From Crocinitomicaceae bacterium (GTDB lineage: Bacteria > Bacteroidota > Bacteroidia > Flavobacteriales_D > Sanyastnellaceae), in contig NZRP01000015.1 in the NCBI GenBank assembly GCA_002693775.1, forward strand, positions 6,601 through 70,600: a stretch of 64,000 bases of DNA, given 5' to 3'. The notes under the pieces were generated by a model. That model was not told where the DNA came from and did not search any database. It worked only from the letters and a program-made list of their open reading frames with translations. Shown here piece by piece: positions 19,777 through 27,575 of the stretch. Both the position numbers and the translations under genes were made by a program. Numbering within the stretch: position 1 is the first letter of the stretch; every line of letters begins with the position of its first letter.

Positions 19777-20997
19777 ATATACCAAATGGCTCATCACCTT
19801 TGGATGTATAAACTTCTGTGCCACTCTCTGCAAATCATCAGCATTTATATCTTCGATTGATTTTAAAAACTCGGAAAGAGGCTCAACTTTATTGTAGAAA
19901 AGATAACTCTTAGCAAGACCCGTCATCATTGCGGTGCCGGAGTCTTGGCTGAGCGCGATTTGGCCTATGAGCTGCTTTTTAACATCCTTCAACTGCCTAG
20001 CACTAAGCTTTTTATCACACATTTCCCTAAGCTCCTTATTAACTAGGCGCTCAACCTTTTTATGAAACCTTGTATCTGTGCCAAAATAAATTGAGAACAC
20101 TCCGCAATCCGCATACGGAGAATACCCTGCCTCAATGTGATAAGCCATCCCATACTTCTCCCTAATATTCATGCTAAGCCTACTATTCATAGCTGGTCCT
20201 CCTAAATAATTTGCAAGCAGAGTAAGCGGCAATTTATCTGGATGGTCAGCTCCAACAGTAAGGCTCCCCATAAGATGATGCACTTGGTAAGTATCCTGCT
20301 TTATCCTCTCATCGAACACCTCAACTGGCTTCGCAAGCGAGCGTTTAGTACCATCCCCATCACAATGATAGCTACTCAAATACTTCTTACAAATCCTCTT
20401 TAGCTTTTTAATAGGTGTAGAACCAACAGAAGCAAACACCATAGCCACTGGTCTATAATTCCTACTAACAAACGCCTCAACATCCGCTTTTGTTAAGGCT
20501 TCCACTGACTCCGGTGTACCTAGTATAGTCCTTCCAAGCGGATGTTTACCAAACAATCTCTCCTCAAACTCATCAAAAATCACATCGCTAGGATTATCTC
20601 TCACAGAAGCAATCTCATCGAGAATCACATCCCTTTCCTTTGCTATCTCCTTCTCAGGAAAAGTAGAATTAAAAGCAATATCTGCAATGAGTTCAACCGC
20701 CCTATCCATATCTCTTTCAAGGAAAGAAGCACTAATCCAAGTCTCCTCCTTAGTCGTATAAGCATTAAGCTCCCCACCTACTTTCTCAAGCCTATTAAGA
20801 ATATGAAAGGTCTTCCTCTTTTTAGTTCCCTTAAATAGACAGTGCTCAATGAAATGTGCCACACCTGATTCACCCTTTAATTCATCTCTACTTCCCGTGT
20901 TTATCACAAGAGAAATGTGACTCGCCTCCCTAGGAACTTCCTTATGAATTACTCGTATCCCATTCTCCAATGTAAATGTGTGAAACTCTGCTTCCAT
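19765..20997 (-). CDS. M16-family (pitrilysin/insulinase-like) zinc peptidase
   Basis: 410 aa with the inverted zinc motif HFIEH (HxxEH) followed by LFKGT. Confidence 0.9.
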   Translation of the reverse strand: MEAEFHTFTLENGIRVIHKEVPREASHISLVINTGSRDELKGESGVAHFIEHCLFKGTKKRKTFHILNRLEKVGGELNAYTTKEETWISASFLERDMDRAVELIADIAFNSTFPEKEIAKERDVILDEIASVRDNPSDVIFDEFEERLFGKHPLGRTILGTPESVEALTKADVEAFVSRNYRPVAMVFASVGSTPIKKLKRICKKYLSSYHCDGDGTKRSLAKPVEVFDERIKQDTYQVHHLMGSLTVGADHPDKLPLTLLANYLGGPAMNSRLSMNIREKYGMAYHIEAGYSPYADCGVFSIYFGTDTRFHKKVERLVNKELREMCDKKLSARQLKDVKKQLIGQIALSQDSGTAMMTGLAKSYLFYNKVEPLSEFLKSIEDINADDLQRVAQKFIHPKVMSHLVYLPS

Positions 20998-22346
20998 TAA
21001 AATATCAAGTATAAACCTATTACAAAAACAACTCCTGAAACGAGAAATGCTGCAAGTGTGTAGGGTAAGATATCTCTAGCCCTTAATCCTGTTATCCCTA
21101 AAAGGGGCAAAGCCCAAAATGGCTGTAACATATTAGTCCATTGATCACCATAAGCCATTGCCATTACCCCTTTCTCTAACGTCATACCTATTGCATGACA
21201 AGCCTCTAAAACTAGTGGACCCTGCACAGTCCATTGCCCTCCCCCTGAAGGAACAAAAACATTTAAAATCCCTGAGGAACTGAAAATTGCAAATGGTAAA
21301 CTTCCTGTAGAAGTAGCGCTTACAAAAGCACCTGACAATACATCAACTAACCCTGTTCCTGTAACTATCCCCATTATCCCAAAGTAGATTGGAAATTGTA
21401 GAAGTATGCCTGATGCTCCTCCGATTGCCTTATTTAGTGCACCTACTAAGTTGAATATACTTTTATGAAAAATGAGGGCTAAACTAAATAATACCAAATT
21501 CACCCAGTCCGGATTCACAAATCCCAGCGCACTATTCCCATCATATGTACGACCCAGATATACAGCAACTACAAGACCAAGAACTCCAAATATTATTGGC
21601 AGAAAAACACTGTGATCAAAGAACGATGCTATTGAATCAAGCTTCCCCTTAACTGGAATAAAATGTAAATCAGTATCAGAAATTTCAATTTCTTCATTCT
21701 CCACATGCCTACCTAAAACCGCGAATAACCCAACAATTGCAACCATAACAGCAACAGTAATCCCTATGTTCCATGAAGTAAAAATTGTATCTGAAATCGA
21801 TATCGATTCTGGTAGCCAATCAACTCCTTTTTCATAAATATCAGCCAAGTGACCATCCTCAGCAACCTTCAATGGCGCTGACCCACTCAATCCGCTGTGC
21901 CACACTAGTAAGCCCATATATCCAGCTGCTCCAACTAACCCAGCATGAGCAACTTTTTTATCAATAACCACCTTAGCAATTAAAGCGCCCGCAACTAAAC
22001 CTAGACCCCAATTCACCCAGCCAAGTAACATTGCAATAAGCGCGACAACCGCTGGTGCATACTTTGGAGTTTTTACAGCATAAACAGCTACAAAATTTAA
22101 TGCTGATTTGATTGGTGGAGACAACGCTAAAACATGCCCTAACACAAGCATATACATTGCCTGAAATCCAAATGTTAATCCAGTAACATTCCACAATCCA
22201 TCCGACCATGCTATTAGACTTTCCTCAGCAGTAGCTCCGAATAGGGAAAAACCAAATGCCACAAGCGTAAGCACCAAGGCAATAGCCATAGGTGATGGCA
22301 GTAATCGCTCGAAGCCCCTCGAGTATGAATTAAGAAAACCGGACAT
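20997..22346 (-). CDS. Short-chain fatty acid transporter (AtoE/TIGR00366-like)
   Basis: 449 aa, polytopic, with the family-like C-terminal region MLQPFWALPLLGITGLRARDILPYT. TAATG overlap with the downstream M16 gene. Confidence 0.75.
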   Translation of the reverse strand: MSGFLNSYSRGFERLLPSPMAIALVLTLVAFGFSLFGATAEESLIAWSDGLWNVTGLTFGFQAMYMLVLGHVLALSPPIKSALNFVAVYAVKTPKYAPAVVALIAMLLGWVNWGLGLVAGALIAKVVIDKKVAHAGLVGAAGYMGLLVWHSGLSGSAPLKVAEDGHLADIYEKGVDWLPESISISDTIFTSWNIGITVAVMVAIVGLFAVLGRHVENEEIEISDTDLHFIPVKGKLDSIASFFDHSVFLPIIFGVLGLVVAVYLGRTYDGNSALGFVNPDWVNLVLFSLALIFHKSIFNLVGALNKAIGGASGILLQFPIYFGIMGIVTGTGLVDVLSGAFVSATSTGSLPFAIFSSSGILNVFVPSGGGQWTVQGPLVLEACHAIGMTLEKGVMAMAYGDQWTNMLQPFWALPLLGITGLRARDILPYTLAAFLVSGVVFVIGLYLIF

Positions 22347-22355
22347 TACCGGTTA

Positions 22356-22742
22356 TTAAAATGGCAGATCGTCGTCGCTTGATGGTTCTATAACCATTGG
22401 CTCAACGTCTGGAAGGGGCGCTACATCAACAGCAGGCTGAGCACCGCCCTGTTCAGAAGAACTTCCTACCGGTACAACTCCATCGCTTTCAATTCTCCAT
22501 GCGTTAAGATCAACATAGTAGTTACCATTATATTCTCTACCTCGCAGATCAAATTTCACAATAACATTATCTCCCTCAGACATTCCATTTAATTGCTCAA
22601 CTCTCTCTTTTAGAGCGGATAGTTTGATGTCTTGTGGGTACTGTTCGTTAGTGGTAATAACGAAATCGCGCTTATAAAAGCCGCTTGGGAAGTCTTGTTG
22701 CTCGAACAAAACTTTAATCTTTCCTTTTAACTCAAATGCCAT
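22356..22742 (-). CDS. DUF3127-family protein (OB-fold predicted, not shown) with a disordered linker and an SSB-type acidic C-terminal tip (DDDLPF)
   Basis: MAFELKGKIKVLFEQQDFPSGFYKRDFVITTNEQYPQDIKLS...VKFDLRGREYNGNYYVDLNAWRIE is the DUF3127 pattern. The tail is ...EQGGAQPAVDVAPLPDVEPMVIEPSSDDDLPF*. The track start at 22760 is TTG, and the ATG at 22742 is preferred. Confidence 0.75.
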   Translation of the reverse strand: MAFELKGKIKVLFEQQDFPSGFYKRDFVITTNEQYPQDIKLSALKERVEQLNGMSEGDNVIVKFDLRGREYNGNYYVDLNAWRIESDGVVPVGSSSEQGGAQPAVDVAPLPDVEPMVIEPSSDDDLPF

Positions 22743-22778
22743 GCTATAAAAGTAAAACAACCAATCAAAAATCGATGC

Positions 22779-23681
22779 TTATCCTAGGTTAAAACTGAGA
22801 AGTGTTTTCCACGCTCCATCAACATCTCCATTATCGAGAAGTTCAGCAGCATGTTTATGAAGTGTTATCTCCAATGCGCTTCCATCATCCTGTAATTCCA
22901 AGAAAAATTCGCTTAGCTCCATAAGTTTGTAATCATTGACCTCAGTCTCATCAGGAAGTACTTCTACATTACCCAACATAGCAAGATGCATTCCACTTAA
23001 ATATGAACTAGTTCTAATGTCTTCAGGTATATTATCTACTCCCATTCCAAGGTTAGCAAGAGGCTTAGGCACTTCAAACAAAGCATCACCAGATGCTCTT
23101 ACGTAATAGCTTCCACCACATCTTCCAACTAGGTCGAGTTTTTTTGCATCAGGTAATCCAGATTCATTTAAAACATCCTCTCTAAAATGTATTTTTAAAA
23201 TCTCACAAACTACAAGTTGCCCAGCCCCTGGAGTATCTCCAAATGAATCAACTCTTAACACCTTACACTCAAAAGAAGCAGGAGCCTCTAAAACTCTTGG
23301 AGGAGTAACTAAATCTGATGCTACTTCAGTAAGACCAGCTTTTTTGAATTCATTTACTTCCTTAGAGTATTCTGTACTTGCTAGTGAGCAAGCATGAACT
23401 GTGTTGTAATCAACCATATTCACTACTACTTCAGGGACTTCTAATACATTCTCGAGAGTGTGTTTAGTAGTGTTATCCCTTCCTCTTCTAGCTGGCGAGA
23501 AAATCAGAATAGGTGGATTTGCAGAGAACACATTGAAGTAGCTAAATGGAGCTAGATTAACTCTTTCTTCAGAATCAACTGTACTTGCAAAAGCAATGGG
23601 CCTTGGAGCTATACCACCTAATAAAAAGGCATGAAGCTTTCCAGGATCTAAATCAGAAGGAGTTAGAGTTAGATGTGACAT
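22779..23681 (-). CDS. Flavin reductase-like (FMN-binding split-barrel) protein with a C-terminal extension
   Basis: IAPRPIAFASTVD...VNLAPFSYFN is typical of the flavin reductase-like domain. An extra C-terminal region of about 100 aa is unassigned. Confidence 0.75.
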   Translation of the reverse strand: MSHLTLTPSDLDPGKLHAFLLGGIAPRPIAFASTVDSEERVNLAPFSYFNVFSANPPILIFSPARRGRDNTTKHTLENVLEVPEVVVNMVDYNTVHACSLASTEYSKEVNEFKKAGLTEVASDLVTPPRVLEAPASFECKVLRVDSFGDTPGAGQLVVCEILKIHFREDVLNESGLPDAKKLDLVGRCGGSYYVRASGDALFEVPKPLANLGMGVDNIPEDIRTSSYLSGMHLAMLGNVEVLPDETEVNDYKLMELSEFFLELQDDGSALEITLHKHAAELLDNGDVDGAWKTLLSFNLG

Positions 23682-23691
23682 CTAAATAAGT

Positions 23692-24189
23692 CTATTTAGG
23701 CTTGTGATTTTCTACAATTGCTACTTTTTCAAGAACCTTAGCTTTAAGATCTTCCTTGAATTGAGCAATCTTATTGAGAAGATTTGAGTCAGCTATGGCT
23801 AGAATTTGGGCTGCCAGAATACCTGCATTTCTTCCTCCATCAAGAGCAACAGTTGCTACTGGGACTCCAGCAGGCATCTGTAAAATGCTTAAAACTGAAT
23901 CCCAACCGTCTATAGAATTACTTGACTTAACAGGCACTCCTATTACTGGAAGTGGCGTGTAAGAGGCAACCATACCAGGCAAGTGAGCAGCGCCACCAGC
24001 GCCAGCAACTATTACTTTCACTCCTCTACCAACTGCGCTCTTTGCGTATTCAGCAAGTCGATCAGGCGTCCTATGCGCGCTAACAACTGTTGCCTCATGC
24101 TCAACACCAAGTTCTTCTAAAACTGCCATGGCTTTCTCCATAACTCCTAAATCAGAGTTACTGCCCATAATAATACCTACCTTACTCAT
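23692..24189 (-). CDS. purE: N5-carboxyaminoimidazole ribonucleotide mutase
   Basis: 165 aa. IIMGSNSDL, SAHRTP and AGGAAHLPGM motifs. Confidence 0.96.
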   Translation of the reverse strand: MSKVGIIMGSNSDLGVMEKAMAVLEELGVEHEATVVSAHRTPDRLAEYAKSAVGRGVKVIVAGAGGAAHLPGMVASYTPLPVIGVPVKSSNSIDGWDSVLSILQMPAGVPVATVALDGGRNAGILAAQILAIADSNLLNKIAQFKEDLKAKVLEKVAIVENHKPK

Positions 24190-24784
24190 CCTTGTTTTTG
24201 TTTTTTATTTTATCGATTTGGTCTCTCAACTCAGAAGCTAGTTCATAATCTTCATTATCAATTGCTTCCTTTAACTCTGTCTCGAGTAATTCCAAATCTG
24301 GAGTATCGTCAATCTCTTCAATTTCTCCTAAACCGATATGTATATCAACATCGTATTCTAAGCCCTCAGAGAACTCCTCAGGATTAATTCCAGCCTGCTT
24401 AACGACTGCATCATAACACCTTATAGGCGATCTAAATCTAACAGCTACGCCCACAGCATCTGAAACTCGTGAATCAATTTCCTCAATAGATTCACCGTTA
24501 GATACAAGAACTTTAGCGAAGAACACTCCCTCTTGAAATTTGTAAACGAGAACCTCTACCACCTCCATTCCAAAGGCTATTAAAGTGCTCTTATACATAT
24601 CATGAGTAAGAGGCCTGCTAGACTTCATATTTTCTAGTTCAAGTGCAATTGACTGTGCTTCAGCAGCTCCAATAACAACTGGAATTCTAGTTGTTCCTCC
24701 TACTACTCCTAATACCATAGTGTACGCCCCCGATGACGAGCCTGTAAGGCTAATGTCATGGATTTCGAGGTCGACTTTTTTCAT
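24182..24784 (-). CDS. Bifunctional nuclease (BFN/DUF151) family protein with a C-terminal UVR motif
   Basis: RIPVVIGAAEAQSIA and SRPLTHD are typical of DUF151. C-terminal EDYELASELRDQIDKI is a UvrB/C-like motif. Confidence 0.8.
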   Translation of the reverse strand: MKKVDLEIHDISLTGSSSGAYTMVLGVVGGTTRIPVVIGAAEAQSIALELENMKSSRPLTHDMYKSTLIAFGMEVVEVLVYKFQEGVFFAKVLVSNGESIEEIDSRVSDAVGVAVRFRSPIRCYDAVVKQAGINPEEFSEGLEYDVDIHIGLGEIEEIDDTPDLELLETELKEAIDNEDYELASELRDQIDKIKNKNKDE

Positions 24785-24791
24785 GATTTTT

Positions 24792-25724
24792 TTAAGAGAG
24801 TAACTTAATTGCTTCAGTTAATTTAGGAAGAACTTCGAATACATCACCTACAATTCCGTAATCAGCTGCCTTAAAGAATGGCGCTTCAGGATCAGTATTG
24901 ATTACAACGATGACTTTACTTTGGTTTACACCTGCAAGGTGCTGGATAGCTCCTGATATACCGCAAGCAATGTAAAGGTCAGGGCGTATTGTTACTCCGG
25001 TTTGGCCTACGTGCTCATGATGAGGTCTCCAACCCATGTCTCCTACAGGTCTAGAACATGCAGTTGAGGCATTTAGAGCCTTTGCAAGATCTTCAACAAT
25101 CCCCCAGTTCTCGGGTCCTTTTAATCCTCTTCCAGCTGAAACTACCCTTTCAGCTTCAGGAAGCGGCACAGAACCATCTACAGATGCAGGAGTGAATTCT
25201 CCAATTAATAATCTAGCTTCTCCTACTTCAGCAGAAAATGCTTCAACAGTCGCAGAACCTCCAACTTCTTTTACGCCAAACGCGTTAGGTGTCACAGATA
25301 CAACAGTCTTATCAGTTCCAACAGAAACTGAAGCTTTAGCCTTTCCACTAAATACATTTCTTGGGTAGTTACCTCCTTCAGGCACTCCTGTTACTCCAGG
25401 AACATACCCTGCTCCTATTCTAACAGCAACTCTTGGAGCAACTGCTCCACCTTCAAGGTTAGCAGAGAACACTACAGTTGATGCTCCTTCAGATATAGAG
25501 ACTGCTTCAACAAGCTTAGCAAGCTGGGAGTTATCATTAAGTGCTTTAGAATACTGAAGAACCTTACCAATTCCAACTGTTCCAATTCCACCATCTCCTT
25601 CTATGATCCCTGAAACTACTGCAGTAGCAGATCCTCCAGAAATCGCGTTTGCGTATGAAGCTGCTTCAAGACCAGACTTAGTAGCCTTTCCTTCACTTAG
25701 AGGTACAAATACTAATACTGACAT
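24792..25724 (-). CDS. etfA: Electron transfer flavoprotein alpha subunit
   Basis: 310 aa. The C-terminal FAD-binding region reads VGQTG..IRPDLYIACGISGAIQHLAG. Confidence 0.95.
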   Translation of the reverse strand: MSVLVFVPLSEGKATKSGLEAASYANAISGGSATAVVSGIIEGDGGIGTVGIGKVLQYSKALNDNSQLAKLVEAVSISEGASTVVFSANLEGGAVAPRVAVRIGAGYVPGVTGVPEGGNYPRNVFSGKAKASVSVGTDKTVVSVTPNAFGVKEVGGSATVEAFSAEVGEARLLIGEFTPASVDGSVPLPEAERVVSAGRGLKGPENWGIVEDLAKALNASTACSRPVGDMGWRPHHEHVGQTGVTIRPDLYIACGISGAIQHLAGVNQSKVIVVINTDPEAPFFKAADYGIVGDVFEVLPKLTEAIKLLS

Positions 25725-25726
25725 AA

Positions 25727-26464
25727 TTATATGATTTTAGCTTCTTCACGTAATAAACGAACTAGTTCTGCTGGGTTGTCAGCATCAACTATCTTGCAAT
25801 CCCCCTTTGCAGGTGGTAGTGAAAACTTCTCAACCTTTGTTGTAGCATCAGCATAAGCCTCAACTACTTGAAGTGGCTTAGTACGTGCTGACATAATACC
25901 TCTCATATTAGGTATTCTTTGCTCAGACATTCCCTTTGCAGCGCTTAGGACAAACGCACCATTTACAGTCACCTTATTTGTTCCTCCAGATGCTTCACAT
26001 GTGAGATTGTAAGTACCTCCATCAGCATTTATACTAGTAGCAAATGCAACAAATGGAAGGTCTAAAGATTCTGCTATCATTGCAGGAACAGCAGCTGAAT
26101 TGTGGTCGATAGTCTCCTTACCACAAAGAATTATATCAAAATCCTTATCAGATGCGTAATCTGCGATCAACTTAGCAACTTGCATTGAGTCTTCTGGCTC
26201 AGCATTAATCCTTACAGCGTCATTTGCACCGATAGCTAAAGCCTTTCTAATGATAGAGTCACAAGTAGCATCTCCAACAGTAATTGTAGTCACTGAACCT
26301 CCTTCAGTTTCCACTAATTCTATAGCTCTAACAAGCGCGTACCACTCATCATATGGGTTAACAATAAATTGGACACCGCCTTCGTCAAAGCGCGTATCTT
26401 CGTCTGTAAAAGCTATACGACTCGTCGTATCTGGGGCTTTACTTATGCATACAAGCAATTTCAT
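25727..26464 (-). CDS. etfB: Electron transfer flavoprotein beta subunit
   Basis: MKLLVCISKAPDTTS... is a typical EtfB N-terminus. The -7 box at 26505-26512 supports ATG 26464 over the upstream extension to 26530. Confidence 0.93.
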   Translation of the reverse strand: MKLLVCISKAPDTTSRIAFTDEDTRFDEGGVQFIVNPYDEWYALVRAIELVETEGGSVTTITVGDATCDSIIRKALAIGANDAVRINAEPEDSMQVAKLIADYASDKDFDIILCGKETIDHNSAAVPAMIAESLDLPFVAFATSINADGGTYNLTCEASGGTNKVTVNGAFVLSAAKGMSEQRIPNMRGIMSARTKPLQVVEAYADATTKVEKFSLPPAKGDCKIVDADNPAELVRLLREEAKII

Positions 26465-26504
26465 GGGTATGATAGTGTATTCTAAGTTTCTGTGATTAGG
26501 AGTG

Positions 26505-26512
26505 CAAAGGTA
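26505..26512 (-). promoter_or_regulatory. -7 box TACCTTTG (minus strand) upstream of etfB
   Basis: Exact TAnnTTTG match on the minus strand, 41 nt upstream of ATG 26464. Confidence 0.45.
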
Positions 26513-26535
26513 GTGATGCAATGCCATCAATCACT

Positions 26536-26543
26536 TATCTTTG
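26536..26543 (+). promoter_or_regulatory. -7 box TATCTTTG upstream of the E1-beta gene
   Basis: Exact TAnnTTTG match, 25 nt upstream of ATG 26568. It forms a divergent promoter pair with 26505-26512. Confidence 0.45.
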
Positions 26544-26567
26544 CCGACCGAATTATGCATATAAATC

Positions 26568-27548
26568 ATGCGTGAAATTACATTTAGAGAAGCTATCGCT
26601 GAAGCAATGAGCGAAGAGATGCGCCGAGACGAGCGCGTTTTCCTTTTAGGTGAGGAGGTTGCCGAGTACAACGGAGCCTACAAAGCATCTAAGGGAATGC
26701 TTGACGAGTTTGGACCCCGCAGAGTCATCGACACCCCCATTGCTGAGCTAGGTTTTACAAGTATTGCCGTCGGTGCAGCTATGAATGGTCTAAGACCTAT
26801 CGTAGAGTATATGACGTGGAATTTTGCAGTTCTTGCTGCAGACCAAATCATCAACCACGCAGCCAAAATGCTACAGATGAGTGGTGGTCAATTTACCACT
26901 CCTATAGTATTCAGAGGTGCAAACGGACCTGCTGGTCAATTAGCAGCAACCCACAGCCAGAGTTACGAAGCATTTTATTCTTCTATACCTGGGCTTAAGG
27001 TTGTAACTCCATTCACTCCTTATGAAGCTAAAGGCCTATTAAAGTCAGCTATTAGAGATGACGATCCTGTTCTTATCATGGAATCTGAAAAGATGTACGG
27101 TGATAAAGGGTTAATTCCTGAAGGTGAATTCCTAGTACCTATAGGTAAGGCGAACATCAGAAAAAAAGGCTCAGACTGTACAATTGTATCTTTTGGTAAA
27201 ATCCTAAAGACTGTACACGCGGCAGCTGACGAGCTAGAGAAAGAAGGAATCAATGTTGAGATTATCGATCTTGTAACAATTAGACCTTTAGATCTAGCTA
27301 CTATTATTGATTCAGTTAAAAAGACTAACCGTCTAGTAATCGTTGAGGAAAGTTTCCCTGTAAACTCAGTTGCTTCAGAAGTTAGTTACAGAGTCCAAAG
27401 AAATGCTTTCGACCACCTAGACGCTCCTATTGTGAGACTTTGTCAGTCAGACACACCTTTTGCATTTGCTACTACACTAATTGAAGAGGCGCTTCCTCAG
27501 GTTAAAGAGGTAATGGATGCAGTTAAACAAGCTATGTACGTTAGCTAA
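26568..27548 (+). CDS. 2-oxoacid (pyruvate/branched-chain) dehydrogenase E1 component beta subunit
   Basis: 326 aa, transketolase-like Pyr and C-terminal domains (EEVAEYNGAYK...DTPIAE.GF). No E1-alpha gene is adjacent in this window. Confidence 0.9.
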   Translation: MREITFREAIAEAMSEEMRRDERVFLLGEEVAEYNGAYKASKGMLDEFGPRRVIDTPIAELGFTSIAVGAAMNGLRPIVEYMTWNFAVLAADQIINHAAKMLQMSGGQFTTPIVFRGANGPAGQLAATHSQSYEAFYSSIPGLKVVTPFTPYEAKGLLKSAIRDDDPVLIMESEKMYGDKGLIPEGEFLVPIGKANIRKKGSDCTIVSFGKILKTVHAAADELEKEGINVEIIDLVTIRPLDLATIIDSVKKTNRLVIVEESFPVNSVASEVSYRVQRNAFDHLDAPIVRLCQSDTPFAFATTLIEEALPQVKEVMDAVKQAMYVS

Positions 27549-27575
27549 ACATTAGAATATAATCTTTTACAAAAT

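Noticed and set aside
21973-22209. Cys-rich 78-aa ORF and other short ORFs inside the AtoE-like transporter gene
   Set aside because: They are alternative-frame or antisense to a 449-aa polytopic transporter with family-typical motifs.
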